Source: an uncultured Planctomycetaceae bacterium
GTDB taxonomy: Bacteria > Planctomycetota > Planctomycetia > Planctomycetales > Planctomycetaceae
DNA length: 64,000 bases
NCBI GenBank assembly: GCA_963976765.1
Contig: CAXBME010000005.1
Span: 62,001-126,000, forward strand
Direction: 5' to 3'
Each line of letters starts with the position of its first letter. Within the stretch, counting starts at the first letter, position 1. Position numbers and translations under genes: made by a program. This document shows, piece by piece, positions 58,513 to 64,000 of the stretch. The notes beneath the pieces were generated by a model. That model was not told the origin of the DNA, did no database searches, and saw only the letters and a list, made by a program, of their open reading frames with translations.

Positions 58513-60786
58513 ATGGAAACCTGGATCTCCTCACATTTTCTGAATCCAGCGTTCGTGCTTGGCGGCGCGGCTCTTGTCGCTGCGCCGATCATTATCCATT
58601 TGATCAATCGAATGCGCTATCGCCGCGTGCAGTTTGCGGCGATGGAGTTTCTACTGCAGAGTCAACGTCGCAATCGCCGCCGCATCCTGATTGAGCAACT
58701 GCTGCTCCTGCTGCTGAGGATTCTGATCGTTTTGGGGATCGTCGCGTTGATCTCCCGGTTGGTTCTCGACCCCAGCGAGCTGAGTCTTTTTCAGGGCGCA
58801 CAGTCGCACCATGTTGTCGTACTGGATGACAGTGGCTCGATGCGCGACCAGCTCGGCGAGTCGACCGCGTGGGACGAGTCATTGGAGATCGTCCGAAAGC
58901 TCGTTGCCGAAGGTTCGCGTCGTCCCGGCACTCAAAAAATCACGCTGTTGACTCTTTCGAACCCTGATCAGCCGCTGGTCACACAACGCGATGTCGACGA
59001 GACATTTCTGGTGGAGCTCGACGGCAAGCTTCGAAATCAGAAATGCACTCACCAGACGCTCGATCTTGCGAAAGGACTCGAAGGTGCCAGCAACGTTTTG
59101 CTGGAAGACCGGGCTACCATCCGACATCTGCACGTCATCTCGGACTTTCGCGAGCCGGACTGGCAGGAGCAGCAGTCGCTGGCTCAGATCGTTAAAGAAC
59201 TCGACTCGGCAGACGTGACGATAAACCTCGTCAAAACCGTCGGACGTCGAAATGGGAATCTTGGCATTACCAGTTTGACCGGAGATTTGCAGGTTGCTTC
59301 CGTGGGTGTGCCGGTTCGATTTTCGCTGTCGATTCAAAATTTCAGCGATCAGGTCGCGACAAAAGTTCCCGTCAACATTTTTCAGGACGGGCAAAAGCTG
59401 CCGTTGACCATCAATTTTGACCGAATTGAGGTCGGCGTCGCTGTCGACCAGGAATTTGATCTGACATTCGACTCGCCCGGCCGCCACAAAGTCGACCTGC
59501 GACTTGGCCCGGATTCGCTGCTGTCCGACAACGCTCGATATATCTCGGTCGAAGTATCACCGGTCAATCGGGTCCTGATTATTGAAGGCAACCCGGCGAA
59601 CGATGACGGCGAATACCTTGTCGACGCTCTGGCCGCCGACCCAGGCATTACCGGTTACTCCGCTCAATTGGAAACGGTCGATTACTTACGGCGACGTTCG
59701 ATCGACGAGTTTCAAAGTGTCTTCATGCTGAACGTGTCTGACCTGCCCGCCGACGCGCTGGCACCGCTCGAAGAATACGTCAAAGCCGGAGGCGGCTTGG
59801 CGTGGTTTCTTGGCGACGAGATTCGTCCGTCATTCTACATCTCAGAACTTTACAAAGGCGGAGCTGGATTGTTTCCCGTGAAGATCGGCATCGTCGCCAG
59901 TCAGACTCAGTCGTCCGGCGACTCAGAACCGGACACGGAGTTTTCTGAGCACCCGATCTTTGGCGTTTTTCAGGGGCAGGAGAATCCGTTTACCGAGCTG
60001 ACGCGCGTCTTCGAATATTTTCCCGTTTCGGAAGACTGGGAATTCGACGATCAGCAACGCGGTGACAACGTTCAGACAATCGCACGTTTAACTAACCGGC
60101 AGCCGCTGGCATTTACGACGTCGTACGGCGAAGGAACGATCTTCACCTGCCTGACGACCTGTGCCCCGACCTGGAACAACTGGGCGCGCTATCCGAGTTT
60201 CGTACCGACGATGCTGGACCTCGAAAAGTTCATCGCTCGCCGGGACCGCATTCTGGAAACGCGTCAGTCCGGCGAGCCGATTCAGTTGTCACTGAACCCG
60301 GCTGAGTTTCTAGAAGAAATAGAAATCTTTGGCCCCAATGACACCGACAGCCCAACAAGATTGAAAGCCGCACCCACGAATGCTGCGGCGAGTGGTTCGG
60401 GAGACGCCCCGGCCACGTCCGCAGCAGCGTTGCCGGTTCGGCTGCAGGCCACCTACCGGGACACCGACACGCCGGGCATCTATCGAGTACGTTTGCTCGA
60501 TCAGAATCAAACACCGGTGGAACGCTGGATCACGTTTAACGTGCCGGTCGAAGAAAGCGACCTGTCGCTGGCGACGACCGAACTTATACGCAAGCAACTT
60601 GGCGACAACCTTGAGATCCTGATTCATGAGCCGGGCGAATTCTCCTGGATTGCTGGCCGCGATGCCGGTCAGGAAGTCCGCTTCTGGCTAATTGTCGTCC
60701 TGTTCGTCATCCTCCTGGCCGAGCAGTTGCTGGCCTGCAAGTTGAGTTTTCATCCCAAAGTAGCAACCGCTGGTTCGAACAATTAG
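58513..60786 (+). CDS. BatA/vWA domain membrane protein
   Basis: PIIIHL..FAAMEFL, DDSGSM. Confidence 0.88.
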   Translation: METWISSHFLNPAFVLGGAALVAAPIIIHLINRMRYRRVQFAAMEFLLQSQRRNRRRILIEQLLLLLLRILIVLGIVALISRLVLDPSELSLFQGAQSHHVVVLDDSGSMRDQLGESTAWDESLEIVRKLVAEGSRRPGTQKITLLTLSNPDQPLVTQRDVDETFLVELDGKLRNQKCTHQTLDLAKGLEGASNVLLEDRATIRHLHVISDFREPDWQEQQSLAQIVKELDSADVTINLVKTVGRRNGNLGITSLTGDLQVASVGVPVRFSLSIQNFSDQVATKVPVNIFQDGQKLPLTINFDRIEVGVAVDQEFDLTFDSPGRHKVDLRLGPDSLLSDNARYISVEVSPVNRVLIIEGNPANDDGEYLVDALAADPGITGYSAQLETVDYLRRRSIDEFQSVFMLNVSDLPADALAPLEEYVKAGGGLAWFLGDEIRPSFYISELYKGGAGLFPVKIGIVASQTQSSGDSEPDTEFSEHPIFGVFQGQENPFTELTRVFEYFPVSEDWEFDDQQRGDNVQTIARLTNRQPLAFTTSYGEGTIFTCLTTCAPTWNNWARYPSFVPTMLDLEKFIARRDRILETRQSGEPIQLSLNPAEFLEEIEIFGPNDTDSPTRLKAAPTNAAASGSGDAPATSAAALPVRLQATYRDTDTPGIYRVRLLDQNQTPVERWITFNVPVEESDLSLATTELIRKQLGDNLEILIHEPGEFSWIAGRDAGQEVRFWLIVVLFVILLAEQLLACKLSFHPKVATAGSNN

Positions 60787-60845
60787 CTGACTGCGAAGAA
60801 CCGACTGGACGACCTGGCTGGCACCTTCGCTGCAATGGATAATTC

Positions 60846-63332
60846 GTGGCTCTATTCCTTTCACAATCTGCTCTGCTTGCCGTTGAGTCCACCGGCGCGT
60901 TTCGGGCGATCGAGTACGATCTTCCGGAGACGCCGGTTGAGTGGATGGTGTGTCTCGGCGTGTTGTCGCTGCTACTGATTCTGGGCGTTCGCGTCTACCT
61001 GCGAGACACTGCTGAACTCAATCGATTCTGGCGATACTTCCTGGTGCTTCTGAGGTTGTCGGTTCTTGCTGGACTTGTCGCTGTCGCTCTGAATCCTCAG
61101 GAGCGGACGCAAAAACTGGCATATCGCCCTTCGCAGGTTGCCGTGCTGATCGATCGTTCGTTGTCGATGAAGTTTCCCGAGAACCAGGTTGGGCCGAACG
61201 ACTCGGCTGAGGAATCGGGAAACGCTTCGACTACCGCCGACACGCGAACCCGCGCAGACGCTGTTGCGGACTTGCTCGGAAACTCCGGCCTGCTTGAGGA
61301 GCTGCAGAGGAGTCACGCTGTCAGCGTTTACAGTTTTGATTCCGCTCTCAACGGGCCTCACGCGGCGCTGCGGTCTGAGGATCCGAGGGCGATCGTGAAA
61401 TCGGCAGCGACCCCTTCGGGAAGTGGCAAAGCGGCATCTCCGGAAGAGACGATCGACTGGAATCAGATCGTTGACCCGGTTGGCCTGGAGACTCGGCTGG
61501 GCGAATCGCTGCTCGAACTGATCCGTTCGATCAGCGGAAATTCGTTGTCCGGCATCGTCGTTGTGACTGACGGGGCGTCAAATTCGGGGATCGATCCCGA
61601 CAAGGCTGTGGAGGCGGCGAAGGAGCTGAAGGCTCGGCTGATCACGGTTGGTGTCGGCAGTACTCGGCAGCCCGTCAATATTCAGATTGCCAGCGTTCAG
61701 GCTCCGAGCGACGTGCACGTTGGCGATGCATTTGAAATCGCAGCTTTTGTCCAGGCCCAGGGACTTGCCGGCCAGAACGCCGTTGTGGAACTGCTTGGTC
61801 GGCCAGAAGAATCGGAAGGTGACGCAAGCAAACTGGGAACTAAAGAGATCGTTCTTGCCGACGATGGACTGCCGGTTCGAGTTTCGTTCGAGCAGCTTGA
61901 AAACGTAGCTGGCGTGTGGGAGTACTTCGTTCGAGTCCGCTCGGATCAGAAGATTGTTGAACTGAGCGAAGGCGACAACGAACGTCGTAAGTCGATCAGC
62001 GTCGTCGATCGAAAAACGCGAGTGCTGGTGATCGCTGGCGGCCCCATGCGGGATTATCAGTTTGTTAGAAACATGTTGTATCGGCATTCGGCCATTCAGA
62101 CCGATGTGTGGTTGCAGACGGCGGACGCGGCGGGTGCGGTCAGCCAGGAAGCGAATAAGATTCTGACGTCGTTTCCGGAATCGAAAGAAGAATTGTTCGA
62201 CTACGACGTGATTGTTGGCTTTGACCCCGATTGGAATCGACTGAGTCCCGAGCAGGTTAACCTGGTCAGCGAATGGGTCTTCGCACAGGCTGGTGGACTG
62301 GTTGTGGTGGCCGGAGACGTTTACTCGGCGAGCGTTGCCAGTGACGCCAGGCTGGAAAAGATCCGAGAGTTGTACCCGGTCGTGCTGAATCGATTTGTCA
62401 CTGACAGTGGAGGCTCCCGCACGGTGATTCAGTCGTGGCCGTTTGAGTTCACTCGAGAAGGCCGCGAAGCAGGATTTCTTCAGATCACGGACGAGCAGGT
62501 TTCTTCGGCGGAAGTCTGGAAAGAGTTCCAGGGCGTCTATTCCGCTTATCCAACCAGCGGTGCGAAGGCCGGGGCGACGGTCTATGCCTACTTTTCCGAC
62601 CCCCGAACTCAAAGTGCCAGCGGACTGCCGGTGCTGCTGGCTTCACAGTATTACGGAGCCGGTCGAGTCATTTATCTCGGCAGTCCGGAAATGTGGCGAA
62701 TGCGGTCGATCGACGAAGTCTACTACGACCGCTTCTGGACGAAGTCGATTCGGGAAGCCGGTCAGGCTCGGCTGAAACGAGGCAACAACCGCGGAACGCT
62801 GCTGCTTGAGCGGAACCAGTTTGTCCTCGGTCAGACCGTGCGGGTTCGAGCTCAACTGACCGATCCACAGTTTGAACCGTTAGTGGCCGACTCAGTTCGC
62901 GCCGAGATTTTCGACCCCGATGGTCGACCGATGATTCCGCCCGTTCGCCTGCAAAGGGACTCAAACCGCGCCGGGCAGTTTGTCGGCAGCTTCCGAGTCA
63001 GCGCGCCCGGCGTCTGGAGAATTGACATTCCGATTCCGCAGTCCGGCGATCAGCTGTCTGAGAAGATCGATGTGATCCTGCCCAACCTCGAAACTGACAA
63101 CGCCAGGCAAAACGCCCAACTGTTGAGACTCATTGCCGAAGATACTGGCGGAGCGTACTTCCCACTGAGTGAAGCAGCGGAAGAAGTTCCCAAACGGCTC
63201 CCCAATCGAGGCGAAGAATTTCAGATCGACCAGCAACTCAAGACGCTGTGGGACCGGGAGTGGCTGATGTACCTGCTGATCGGCCTGCTCTCGATCGAGT
63301 GGCTGACCCGGAAACTGTTGAAACTGGCTTAG
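60846..63332 (+). CDS. vWA-domain membrane protein of MoxR operon
   Basis: DRSLSM, VTDG, C-terminal EWLTRK. Confidence 0.82.
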   Translation: MALFLSQSALLAVESTGAFRAIEYDLPETPVEWMVCLGVLSLLLILGVRVYLRDTAELNRFWRYFLVLLRLSVLAGLVAVALNPQERTQKLAYRPSQVAVLIDRSLSMKFPENQVGPNDSAEESGNASTTADTRTRADAVADLLGNSGLLEELQRSHAVSVYSFDSALNGPHAALRSEDPRAIVKSAATPSGSGKAASPEETIDWNQIVDPVGLETRLGESLLELIRSISGNSLSGIVVVTDGASNSGIDPDKAVEAAKELKARLITVGVGSTRQPVNIQIASVQAPSDVHVGDAFEIAAFVQAQGLAGQNAVVELLGRPEESEGDASKLGTKEIVLADDGLPVRVSFEQLENVAGVWEYFVRVRSDQKIVELSEGDNERRKSISVVDRKTRVLVIAGGPMRDYQFVRNMLYRHSAIQTDVWLQTADAAGAVSQEANKILTSFPESKEELFDYDVIVGFDPDWNRLSPEQVNLVSEWVFAQAGGLVVVAGDVYSASVASDARLEKIRELYPVVLNRFVTDSGGSRTVIQSWPFEFTREGREAGFLQITDEQVSSAEVWKEFQGVYSAYPTSGAKAGATVYAYFSDPRTQSASGLPVLLASQYYGAGRVIYLGSPEMWRMRSIDEVYYDRFWTKSIREAGQARLKRGNNRGTLLLERNQFVLGQTVRVRAQLTDPQFEPLVADSVRAEIFDPDGRPMIPPVRLQRDSNRAGQFVGSFRVSAPGVWRIDIPIPQSGDQLSEKIDVILPNLETDNARQNAQLLRLIAEDTGGAYFPLSEAAEEVPKRLPNRGEEFQIDQQLKTLWDREWLMYLLIGLLSIEWLTRKLLKLA

Positions 63333-63345
63333 GAGTTCAAGACTG

Positions 63346-63839
63346 CGGAACGCAGAGCGAGCAGAGGAGGCGCTGAGAGCTTAACGTAGAACTAAAGCGG
63401 AGCCGCGATGACGTCGGTAAATACATTGACAGAAGCGATTATTGGATGTGCGATGACTGTGCATCGGCGACTTGGTCGAGTCATACTCGAATCGGCTTAC
63501 GAAGCTTGCCTGATGTATAAACTGCAGGCTGCTGGTTTTAGCGTTGTCTCACAAATGCCGATCCCCCTGATCGGTAGCGATGCTCATCTTGAATGCGGAT
63601 ACCGGCTCGATCTACTGGTTGAAGATCGCGTAATTGTCGAAGTGAAGGCCAAAGAATCGATCCCGCCTGTCGACTGTGCTCAATTGCTGTCATGCCTTCG
63701 GCTGGCTGAACTCGAATTTGGCCTGTTTTTGAACTTTCACACAGAAGTGCTCAAAGACGGCATCCACCGAATCGTCAACAATTGTTGCGAAGGTTGATCA
63801 CCCGTTTCTCTGCGAGTCCTCTGTTCCCTCTGCGTTCCG
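63346..63839. repeat. 33-bp imperfect inverted repeats flanking GxxExxY gene
   Basis: 63346-63378 vs 63807-63839, 28/33 complementary. Confidence 0.8.
63408..63797 (+). CDS. GxxExxY PD-(D/E)XK-fold protein
   Basis: LESAYE, DLLVE..IVEVK, LFLNF; motif Gly replaced by Val. Confidence 0.85.
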   Translation: MTSVNTLTEAIIGCAMTVHRRLGRVILESAYEACLMYKLQAAGFSVVSQMPIPLIGSDAHLECGYRLDLLVEDRVIVEVKAKESIPPVDCAQLLSCLRLAELEFGLFLNFHTEVLKDGIHRIVNNCCEG

Positions 63840-63850
63840 AAATTTCACCA

Positions 63851-64000
63851 ATGCAAACTCCAGCTCGCCTCAACCCGGAACTTCAGAACATTCTGACGCA
63901 GTTGCGCGGGCGGATTCGTCGGTATGTTTTTCTCGAAGGAACCGCATTGATTCTTGCGGTGCTGGGTGGACTTTTCTGGCTGAGTCTTGCTGTGGATCAC
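63851..64000 (+). CDS. Membrane protein continuing the operon (3'-truncated)
   Basis: ATG, open frame to end, LRGRIRRY then hydrophobic segment. Confidence 0.65.
   Translation, partial: MQTPARLNPELQNILTQLRGRIRRYVFLEGTALILAVLGGLFWLSLAVDH

Overview
High-GC, probably planctomycete DNA (DUF1552/DUF1592-type proteins, planctomycete extracellular motif, PQQ-propeller). The left ~31 kb looks like the end of a genomic island ending at the 3' end of a chromosomal tRNA-Val(GAC). It holds a type 2 BREX/Pgl locus (pglW-pglX-pglY-pglZ-brxD-brxHI) with four inserted cargo genes, followed by what appears to be a translation-rescue/RNA-repair module. That module has a leader-peptide attenuator, then about 42 tRNA or tRNA-like genes covering all 20 amino acids (several non-canonical, five disrupted by two families of ~23-26 nt elements). 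It also has an HNH nuclease, a CCA-ending tRNA-like RNA, a ~300-nt multi-helix RNA and a slipin/SPFH gene, converging on an rbfA-like/rtcB operon with its own leader peptide. The right half is mostly core genes (gltX, ilvD, rimK cluster, MoxR/vWA operon), plus a single-ORF IS66 with an 8-bp target duplication splitting a DUF1592-type gene, and a GxxExxY gene inside inverted repeats. All RNA calls were folded by eye; no searches were run.
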